From an uncultured virus (IMG/VR IMGVR_UViG_3300042898_003498) (Duplodnaviria; Heunggongvirae; Uroviricota; Caudoviricetes), in IMG/VR virus record IMGVR_UViG_3300042898_003498: a stretch of 64,000 nucleotides of DNA; one strand, written 5' to 3'. The notes under the pieces were generated by a model. The model searched no databases, was not told where the DNA came from, and worked only from the letters and a program-made list of their open reading frames with translations. The translations under genes and the position numbers were made by a program. This document shows positions 37,811-42,963 of this stretch, one piece after another. Positions within the stretch are counted from its first letter, which is position 1. Each line of letters begins with the position of its first letter.

Positions 37811-38398
37811 ATGACGTATTTTGTGCATTTACCTTCTTTAAATGTCGAACTATATACCAATTACTTTTTACATACCTTTATGCCAAGAAAAGATTTTGAC
37901 AGAATTTCTAAAGGATTGTTATATATTCAATATTTTAAAAAGGACTTTTGCAATGACCTTATCATAATGACATTGGAAAGCATTTTACAAAAAAAATATA
38001 ATTTTCCACCAATTGAATATTTCAGTATTTTTAAACATGATAGGGTACAACCTATACATCATGATGGAACAGAAGTACCTAGATATGCTAGTTTAAATTT
38101 ACCATTGCATGGTTTTGAATCAACTAAAATGATTTTTTATAAAACTATTTTAGATGTGCCACCGACTACATCTGATGGAAATTACTATTTGCCTGAAAAT
38201 GTAGAACCTGTCATCGAATTAGAGGGAACCAATGAATGGGTTCTTATAGATTCCAGCATTCCCCACAATATAACAAATGTAGATTTTAATAATCCTAGAA
38301 TTACACTCTGTATAAGATTCGTCTCAAATCCTACATTTGCGGAGCTTGCTGACAAGATAAATGGTACCCTTGGTCGGATTCGAACCGACACTGTATGA
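37811..38398 (+). CDS. 2OG-Fe(II)/cupin-like oxygenase
   Basis: IHHD, ASLNLPL, PHNI, CIRF; GATAAATA-N5-ATG start. Confidence 0.55.
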   Translation: MTYFVHLPSLNVELYTNYFLHTFMPRKDFDRISKGLLYIQYFKKDFCNDLIIMTLESILQKKYNFPPIEYFSIFKHDRVQPIHHDGTEVPRYASLNLPLHGFESTKMIFYKTILDVPPTTSDGNYYLPENVEPVIELEGTNEWVLIDSSIPHNITNVDFNNPRITLCIRFVSNPTFAELADKINGTLGRIRTDTV

Positions 38399-38439
38399 CT
38401 TCTAAGGCCACTGCCTGCTACCAATTGGGCTACAAGGGC
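38362..38439 (-). tRNA. tRNA-Leu(TAG), short variable loop
   Basis: loop CTTAGAA, 5-nt V region. Confidence 0.85.
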
Positions 38440-38449
38440 ATGAATAGGT

Positions 38450-38597
38450 TTTTGAGAGACCAGCTATCTTTCTCAAGGACTCACTGGCTTGTCTCGAGTA
38501 GGAGAGTTTTGCTTGACCTTGTGTTGCTACTGGTGTGTCATGCTCAAGAATAGGGCACTAGCGCACAAGGGACTCAATCCCGTCGTCTATCTCAAAA
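38450..38597 (-). ncRNA. unassigned ~150-nt structured RNA
   Basis: closing TTTTGAGA/TCTCAAAA; internal CCTTGTG/CACAAGG-type pairings. Confidence 0.5.
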
Positions 38598-38599
38598 CT

Positions 38600-38675
38600 T
38601 GGCGTCCCATAGCGGATTCGAACCGCTGTAAATACCGTGAAAGGGTACTATCCTAGGCCTCTAGATGAATGGGAC
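38600..38675 (-). tRNA. tRNA-Glu(TTC)
   Basis: loop CTTTCAC, CCA. Confidence 0.92.
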
Positions 38676-38680
38676 AAATT

Positions 38681-38755
38681 TGGTAGTAACGGTGAGATTC
38701 GAACTCACACCGGGCACCGTATGAAGGTGTTGCACAACCATTATGCTACGTTACC
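38681..38755 (-). tRNA. tRNA(CAT), Met or Ile2
   Basis: loop TTCATAC, CCA. Confidence 0.85.
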
Positions 38756-38849
38756 ATATCAAAACACACTAGCGGAATCGAACCGTTACGCCCCCTGCAC
38801 TACGTGAGGAAGCGGATGCCCACACTAGTTCTAGTGAGCTTTGATATGG
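38754..38849 (-). ncRNA. family-2 long-stem element enclosing a T-arm
   Basis: CCATATCAAAGCTCACTAG/CTAGTGTGTTTTGATATGG; CGGTTCGATTCCG. Confidence 0.55.
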
Positions 38850-38920
38850 TAGGCCTGCTCGGGAACGATCCGAGTTAGTCGGATTAAAAGTCCGATACTT
38901 CACCTTAAAGTTTCAAGCCC
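38847..38920 (-). tRNA. tRNA-Lys(TTT), atypical T-loop
   Basis: loop CTTTTAA; GGATCGTTCC. Confidence 0.82.
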
Positions 38921-38926
38921 ATTGAT

Positions 38927-39001
38927 CCACTTATTAAAATACACTAAACTACTTAGGCTGCAATAGGAGCCATTGTTCATAAAATGTATTTTAATAAGTG
39001 G
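38927..39001 (-). ncRNA. long-terminal-stem element (family 2)
   Basis: CCACTTATTAAAATACA/TGTATTTTAATAAGTGG, 17 bp. Confidence 0.55.
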
Positions 39002-39074
39002 TAGGACTGCTGGGACTCGAACCCAGAATTGGCAGATTAAAAGTCTGCTGTGATAACCATTTCACTACAATCCC
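38999..39074 (-). tRNA. tRNA-Lys(TTT)
   Basis: loop CTTTTAA, CCA. Confidence 0.92.
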
Positions 39075-39079
39075 ATATA

Positions 39080-39156
39080 TGGTCCCTAGCGTCAGATTCG
39101 AACTGACACCTCATCGGTTAAGAGCCGAGTACGCTACCGTTAAACGCCAGCTAGGG
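39080..39156 (-). tRNA. tRNA-Lys(CTT)
   Basis: loop CTCTTAA, CCA. Confidence 0.88.
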
Positions 39157-39184
39157 TTAGATGCATATTAAATTTGTCTTTAAT

Positions 39185-39304
39185 GTGCCAACCCTAGACC
39201 ATATACGGGATCTAAAGTTGACACTATCGTTTACCAGAACGTTTCATGTCATTACCTTTTTTGTTTAAAAATTAAATTATACAACCTTTTAGGGTAGTTG
39301 TCAA
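39185..39304 (-). promoter_or_regulatory. sigma70 promoter, micro-ORF MKRSGKR and hairpin upstream of three tRNA-Lys
   Basis: TTGACA-17-TATAAT 39276-39304; ORF 39224-39247; 14-bp hairpin 39185-39224. Confidence 0.6.
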
Positions 39305-39314
39305 CCGCATTGAA

Positions 39315-39512
39315 TTTGTAAGTAGTTGCGTCCCTCATATCGCAACCATTTTCCCTTGTAATAAAGCCGGCAGGGTCAAGATACGTCACTTGGGATTCAT
39401 CCAGATGGTACACTCAGTACGTCTAAGCCGGGGCACGACCCCGCATCCTTTTACTATATTAGTCCTTCGAAGAAACCTTTATAGCGTGACTTCTCTTGCT
39501 GACACTTACAAA
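39315..39512 (-). ncRNA. ~200-nt RNA with terminal stem followed by GTCAGCAA
   Basis: TTTGTAAGT/ACTTACAAA; GTCAC/GTGAC; GTTGCG/CGCAAC. Confidence 0.55.
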
Positions 39513-39515
39513 ACT

Positions 39516-39590
39516 TGGCGCCCACATATGGAATCGAACCACAATCCCCGGCTTCGTAAACCAGTGTATTATCCATTATACTATGCGGGC
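39516..39590 (-). tRNA. tRNA-Arg(ACG)
   Basis: loop TTACGAA, CCA. Confidence 0.9.
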
Positions 39591-39598
39591 AAATAAAA

Positions 39599-39660
39599 CA
39601 GGATAGCATCTTTTAGTTTCATTTACAGTGAAAGTTTTTGAATTTGCTGTTACTATCCTA
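39599..39660 (-). ncRNA. AGGAT/ACAGCAA-family RNA E7 displaying a Tyr(GTA) anticodon stem-loop
   Basis: TTTCA-CTGTAAA-TGAAA inside AGGATAG/CTATCCT. Confidence 0.75.
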
Positions 39661-39664
39661 AAAC

Positions 39665-39740
39665 TGGTGCCACAAACTGGACTCGAACCAGTAACACACG
39701 AATTTTCAATCCGCTGCTCTACCATTGGAGCTATTGTGGC
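39665..39740 (-). tRNA. tRNA-Phe(GAA)
   Basis: loop TTGAAAA, CCA. Confidence 0.92.
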
Positions 39741-39748
39741 AAAATGTT

Positions 39749-39823
39749 TGGTGGAGGCCGGGGGTATCGAACCCCTCTAGTCACGATGCTTGCAAGGCAA
39801 CGCCGCAGCCCTCTGCTGCCCCC
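39749..39823 (-). tRNA. tRNA-Ala(TGC), atypical D-arm
   Basis: G3:U70, loop CTTGCAA. Confidence 0.78.
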
Positions 39824-39832
39824 AAATTGTAT

Positions 39833-39911
39833 TGGCTCCGTGTGTGAGGATCGAACTCACCTAATCATTGATTAACAGTCAAGTCCTTGCACCATGCTTG
39901 GATTTCACGGA
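39833..39911 (-). tRNA. tRNA-Asn(GTT)
   Basis: loop CTGTTAA, CCA. Confidence 0.85.
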
Positions 39912-39919
39912 ATAAATTT

Positions 39920-39994
39920 TGGCGATCCTGCGGGGAATCGAACCCCGATATCCGACTAGACAGGCCGGTATAATAACCACTATATGACAGGACC
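39920..39994 (-). tRNA. tRNA-Asp(GTC), U37
   Basis: loop CTGTCTA, G73. Confidence 0.88.
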
Positions 39995-40001
39995 ATTAAC
40001 T

Positions 40002-40088
40002 TGGTGGAGACGACTGGAGTCGAACCAGTAGTGCCTTTCGGGCGGCGGATTTACAGTCCACTGGGGTTACCAATTTTCCTACATCTCC
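40002..40088 (-). tRNA. tRNA-Tyr(GTA)
   Basis: loop CTGTAAA, long V arm. Confidence 0.9.
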
Positions 40089-40094
40089 ATAACT

Positions 40095-40170
40095 TGGCGC
40101 CACAGACGGGAATCGAACCCGCCTAAATCGGATAGACAATCCGGTGCCCTACCCAGAGGACTACTGTGGC
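40095..40170 (-). tRNA. tRNA-Asp(GTC), U37
   Basis: loop TTGTCTA, G73. Confidence 0.85.
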
Positions 40171-40177
40171 ATAAATT

Positions 40178-40252
40178 TGGTACTCCGAACGGGTTTCGAT
40201 CCCGCTTCTCCAACTTGAAAGGCTGGCGTCCTAGCCACTAGACGACCGGAGT
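40178..40252 (-). tRNA. tRNA-Glu(TTC)
   Basis: loop CTTTCAA, CCA. Confidence 0.88.
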
Positions 40253-40256
40253 AAAA

Positions 40257-40369
40257 TTCTTATACAACTACACACTCACAGGAATCGAACCTGCCTACCC
40301 AAAGTAATCATCGGGCTGTAATCCGCTACATCAGCGTGGCCTACGCTTTTGTGTGTATGTGTATAAGAA
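40257..40369 (-). ncRNA. tRNA-like cloverleaf on an extended stem, no CCA
   Basis: TTCTTATACA.ACACAC/GTGTGT.TGTATAAGAA; three hairpins plus GCAGGTTCGATTCCTGT. Confidence 0.6.
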
Positions 40370-40386
40370 CTTCTTATACTGTAAAT

Positions 40387-40451
40387 TTTTAAAGAACACA
40401 GTTAATTTCTTAACATGTATATATTATAGCAAGGTTTTACCTCCTTGTCAA
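40387..40451 (-). promoter_or_regulatory. sigma70 promoter plus boxA-like antiterminator
   Basis: TTGACA-17-TATAAT 40423-40451; TGTTCTTTAAAA 40387-40398. Confidence 0.75.
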
Positions 40452-40496
40452 TAGTCTTTGCAACTATTTTTGTTGTATTTTAACAACACTATTAAA

Positions 40497-40559
40497 CAGG
40501 ATACTGTTTGCTTTTCACAGCCAAAAAGTGAAATATTTTGGTTTGCTGTAAGTATCCTA
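40497..40559 (-). ncRNA. AGGAT/ACAGCAA-family RNA E8 with Gln(TTG)-like loop
   Basis: TTTCAC-TTTTTGGCT-GTGAAA inside AGGATAC/GTATCCT. Confidence 0.72.
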
Positions 40560-40562
40560 AAC

Positions 40563-40636
40563 TGGTGCGGGGTAAGGGAATCGAACCCTTAACTACTGGG
40601 TGGAAGCCAGTGATCTTACCATTAAACGAACCACGC
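40563..40636 (-). tRNA. tRNA-Gly(TCC)
   Basis: loop CTTCCAC, CCA. Confidence 0.88.
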
Positions 40637-40643
40637 ATTAACT

Positions 40644-40719
40644 TGGTGCCCCAGTCCGGAATCGAACCGACTTCCCCTGCTTACAAGACAGGACCTCATC
40701 CGTTAAAGGCTTCAAGGGC
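40644..40719 (-). tRNA. tRNA-Thr(TGT)
   Basis: loop CTTGTAA, CCA. Confidence 0.8.
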
Positions 40720-40726
40720 AATAAAT

Positions 40727-40804
40727 TGGAATAGCGGGTGAGATTCGAACTCACGGTTTTCAGGATTTGCAATCCAGTGCATTGGGCCTCTCTGCCACCG
40801 CTAC
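40727..40804 (-). tRNA. tRNA-Cys(GCA)
   Basis: loop TTGCAAA, U73. Confidence 0.88.
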
Positions 40805-40809
40805 ATAAT

Positions 40810-40883
40810 TGGTACCTAAGTATGGAATCGAACCATCATCTAGCGGTTATCAGCCGCTTGCTTGACCATTAAGCTACATAGGT
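40810..40883 (-). tRNA. tRNA-Ile(GAT)
   Basis: loop CTGATAA, CCA. Confidence 0.88.
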
Positions 40884-40895
40884 ATAAACTTATTA

Positions 40896-40968
40896 GGGGT
40901 GACTATCGGGGCTCGAACCCGAACTACCAGAGTCACAGTCTAGGTTGCTACCATTACAACATAGCCAC
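40896..40968 (-). tRNA. tRNA-His(GTG)
   Basis: loop CTGTGAC, C73; genomic end reads CCT and -1 base is T. Confidence 0.82.
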
Positions 40969-40991
40969 ACCTAATAAGTCTAACAAAAGAT

Positions 40992-41065
40992 TGGCACCCC
41001 CATCTGGAATCGAACCAGAGCTAACGAGTTCAAAGCCCGTTGTGCTACCATTACACTATAGAGGA
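40992..41065 (-). tRNA. tRNA-Gln(TTG)
   Basis: loop CTTTGAA, CCA. Confidence 0.88.
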
Positions 41066-41075
41066 ACAAAATAAA

Positions 41076-41137
41076 CAGGATGTATTTTTACGAGTTGAAT
41101 TAAAAGTTCAGTGTATAAATTTGCTGTTAACATCCTA
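41076..41137 (-). ncRNA. AGGAT/ACAGCAA-family RNA E9 displaying a Lys(TTT) anticodon stem-loop
   Basis: TGAA-CTTTTAA-TTCA inside AGGATGT/ACATCCT. Confidence 0.75.
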
Positions 41138-41141
41138 AAAC

Positions 41142-41216
41142 TGGCGTACCCCCAAGGACTCGAACCCTGACCTAACGGATTTGGAATCCGCGATGCTGCC
41201 ATTACACTAGAGATAC
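41142..41216 (-). tRNA. tRNA-Trp(CCA)
   Basis: loop TTCCAAA, CCA. Confidence 0.88.
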
Positions 41217-41226
41217 ATTAAAAACC

Positions 41227-41344
41227 TTTTGTTATGTTGTAGATTTTATCAGTTTATTGTTCTACAACCTCACGACGCTATGGCAGCTATGCTGCCGCAC
41301 TGCTCGATACCACCTCTGCTTTCGCAGTGTCCGGAATAACAAAA
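41227..41344 (-). ncRNA. unassigned multi-hairpin RNA
   Basis: TTTTGTTAT/ATAACAAAA closing; CTGC-GAAA-GCAG, GGCAGC/GCTGCC, GTTGTAGA/TCTACAAC. Confidence 0.5.
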
Positions 41345-41346
41345 TT

Positions 41347-41420
41347 TGGTGCGGGGTAAGGGAATCGAACCCTTGACTGAACGTTGGCAACGTTCGGTTA
41401 TACCATTTAACTAACCACGC
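41347..41420 (-). tRNA. tRNA-Gly(GCC)
   Basis: loop TTGCCAA, CCA. Confidence 0.88.
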
Positions 41421-41425
41421 ATATT

Positions 41426-41495
41426 TGGTTGCGGAGGAAGTATTCGAAACTTCTAATCTGGCTTATGAGGCCTTCATCTACCCTGACTCTCCGCG
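41426..41495 (-). tRNA. tRNA-fMet-like (CAT), 70 nt, reduced D-arm
   Basis: C1:A72, loop CTCATAA. Confidence 0.68.
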
Positions 41496-41502
41496 ATAAC
41501 TT

Positions 41503-41596
41503 TGGCAGTGATGGAGGGATTTGAACCCTCGGACCCGGTGTTTGCCGAATCGTCTTCTTAGCAGGAAGGTGGTTTAAGCCGCTCACCCACATCACT
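41503..41596 (-). tRNA. tRNA-Ser(GCT)
   Basis: loop CTGCTAA, long V arm. Confidence 0.9.
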
Positions 41597-41602
41597 ATAA
41601 TT

Positions 41603-41717
41603 TGGTACGACCGGTAGGTCTCGAACCTACAAGAGCACGGTAACTATGTTATGTGCCCATTCCCCATTCTATGCTATGAGCATAGCGGGAGGTCTGCCAT
41701 ATTCCACTTACGGTCGT
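41603..41717 (-). tRNA. 115-nt tRNA-like gene with extended anticodon arm (CAT) and long V arm
   Basis: ACGACCG/CGGTCGT-ACCA; TCCC.CTATG-CTCATAG-CATAG.GGGA. Confidence 0.65.
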
Positions 41718-41725
41718 ATAATGTA

Positions 41726-41754
41726 ATTATACAATCTTATGTAGAACTTGTCAA
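41726..41754 (-). promoter_or_regulatory. internal sigma70 promoter
   Basis: TTGACA-17-TATAAT perfect. Confidence 0.8.
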
Positions 41755-41760
41755 TAATAT

Positions 41761-41850
41761 TGGCGGAGCGTGATGGAATCGAACCATCACCGGCTACTAA
41801 CCAGTGGAACAGTTTTCAAGGCTGCTTGCTCACCATGAACTCCACACTCC
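41761..41850 (-). tRNA. tRNA-Ser(TGA)
   Basis: loop CTTGAAA, long V arm. Confidence 0.88.
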
Positions 41851-41858
41851 AATAACTT

Positions 41859-41934
41859 TGGTCTCCGTACCAGGATTCGAACCTGGACCTTACCGCCCCA
41901 AACGGCAAGTGCAACCTGATAACACTTTACAGAG
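41859..41934 (-). tRNA. tRNA-Pro(TGG)
   Basis: loop TTTGGGG, CCA. Confidence 0.85.
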
Positions 41935-41942
41935 ATAAAACT

Positions 41943-42025
41943 TGGTGCTGCCTATAGGAATTGAACCTATGTTCTCTTTCGAGCCGCCTTATCAAGACGG
42001 TGCCTAACCATTCGGCCAAAGCAGC
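41943..42025 (-). tRNA. tRNA(GAT, Ile anticodon) with variable arm
   Basis: loop TTGATAA; CTC-GAAA-GAG arm. Confidence 0.8.
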
Positions 42026-42032
42026 ATTAACT

Positions 42033-42121
42033 TGGTGGAGCCTGAAGGAATCGAACCTCTTGCCAGCCACCCCACTTGACAATGGCTACCGGGTTACAGC
42101 CGGCAATGGGGAACAAGCTCC
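42033..42121 (-). tRNA. D-armless tRNA-Tyr(GTA)-like gene
   Basis: GCCGG-CTGTAAC-CCGGT; 10-nt D-replacement; long V arm. Confidence 0.68.
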
Positions 42122-42123
42122 AA

Positions 42124-42198
42124 TATTCTAAAACACACTATCATCTACGATGCGACACTTGATTCAGAGTCAAGCCGTTTTAAGTATGTTTTAGAATA
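42124..42198 (-). ncRNA. long-terminal-stem element (family 2)
   Basis: TATTCTAAAACATACT/AGTGTGTTTTAGAATA. Confidence 0.55.
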
Positions 42199-42360
42199 CC
42201 CTCTATTGCTAGAGGATATGATAGGGTTAATACCCTACCCAGTTATTTGTACTAGTGTGTTATCGCCACACGTTCATCCAACTGTCCGCCCGTTCAAAAC
42301 ATGTTTTAAGTGCGTTCCCCGGGCCACGTTCCCGTACTATATTGCACTGTGCGATTCTAA
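42191..42360 (-). ncRNA. unassigned structured leader RNA
   Basis: TTAGAAT/ATTCTAA closing; TAGGGT/ACCCTA, CCTCTA-GCAA-TAGAGG hairpins. Confidence 0.4.
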
Positions 42361-42518
42361 CGATCTCCGCAGAGAGTCTCTCGCTTTCTATCAGCTTCGT
42401 AATACTGTCTAGCACGTTGTATCTTAGCATCGAGCAATTTTTTAAATTGCTCTTTGTTTAGAGTATGCTGTCTAGTAAACTCAGCTTGTCTTTCTAACTG
42501 TTGATCTCTTTCAATCAT
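42357..42518 (-). CDS. small hypothetical protein (53 aa, MIERDQQLERQAEFT...)
   Basis: translated by hand; AAGGA SD; first ORF after the attenuator terminator. Confidence 0.55.
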   Translation of the reverse strand: MIERDQQLERQAEFTRQHTLNKEQFKKLLDAKIQRARQYYEADRKRETLCGDR

Positions 42519-42530
42519 TTTTCCTTTCGG

Positions 42531-42564
42531 AAAACAAAAACCCCAGGGTGTTTAGTCCTGGGGT
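42531..42564 (-). terminator. intrinsic terminator in the tRNA-array leader
   Basis: ACCCCAGG-9nt-CCTGGGGT followed by TTTTGTTTT. Confidence 0.8.
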
Positions 42565-42584
42565 CCTTTTGAAGTTTGTTTGGA

Positions 42585-42752
42585 TTAGATTCTTGGAATC
42601 TTCTCCCCTTCTCGGGACCCCGGGCTAATATAGCCCTCCGGTGTGCGATCTGAATGTGACAGACTATTAATCGCTAACCAAGACGCAGGCATAAAGCCCA
42701 CTACTGTGGCTATCGTATTAAACTGCTGTTTACATTTCGATTGCATTGTCAT
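42585..42752 (-). CDS. putative attenuator leader peptide (55 aa)
   Basis: MTMQSKCKQQFNTIATVVGFMPASWLAINSLSHSDRTPEGYISPGSREGEKIPRI; between promoter and terminator; contains antiterminator GGGGTCC. Confidence 0.6.
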   Translation of the reverse strand: MTMQSKCKQQFNTIATVVGFMPASWLAINSLSHSDRTPEGYISPGSREGEKIPRI

Positions 42753-42808
42753 TTCGTTTTCTCTTAAAACCTTGTTACATAAACTGCCTTATTGCAGTGT
42801 ATGTGTTA

Positions 42809-42925
42809 ATTATACAGTTATTTAGTTCTGTTGTCAACCTCTTTTTAATCTTTTGACTAAAAAGTTTTTAACAACTTCTCTTCCTAACTTGTCTCTATTG
42901 TATAGTGTTTATTTAGCATTGTCAA
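42809..42925 (-). promoter_or_regulatory. tandem sigma70 promoters heading the tRNA array
   Basis: TTGACA-17-TATAAT 42809-42837; TTGACA-17-TACAAT 42897-42925; both spacers contain CTAAATA. Confidence 0.8.
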
Positions 42926-42963
42926 TAAGTATGTGGTTAAAATGCCATAATTTTGGCAAATTT

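Noticed and set aside
40896..40968. tRNA-His as a pseudogene
   Set aside because: The cloverleaf is intact; missing genomic G-1 and terminal A can be supplied enzymatically, so decay is not shown.
30992..41137. AGGAT...ATCCT repeats as a CRISPR array
   Set aside because: Copies are dispersed among tRNAs, inserts vary from about 40 to 95 nt, the conserved parts are covarying paired ends, and no cas gene is visible.
31139..42825. Short ORF-track calls overlapping tRNAs (e.g. 31139, 31576, 32999, 37330, 39390, 40538, 41407, 42643)
   Set aside because: They are translations of tRNA or ncRNA sequence with no protein motifs.
30700..42950. tRNA-anchored prophage or integrative element boundary
   Set aside because: No integrase, att-like duplicated tRNA end or host-core gene block is visible; both flanks look phage-like.
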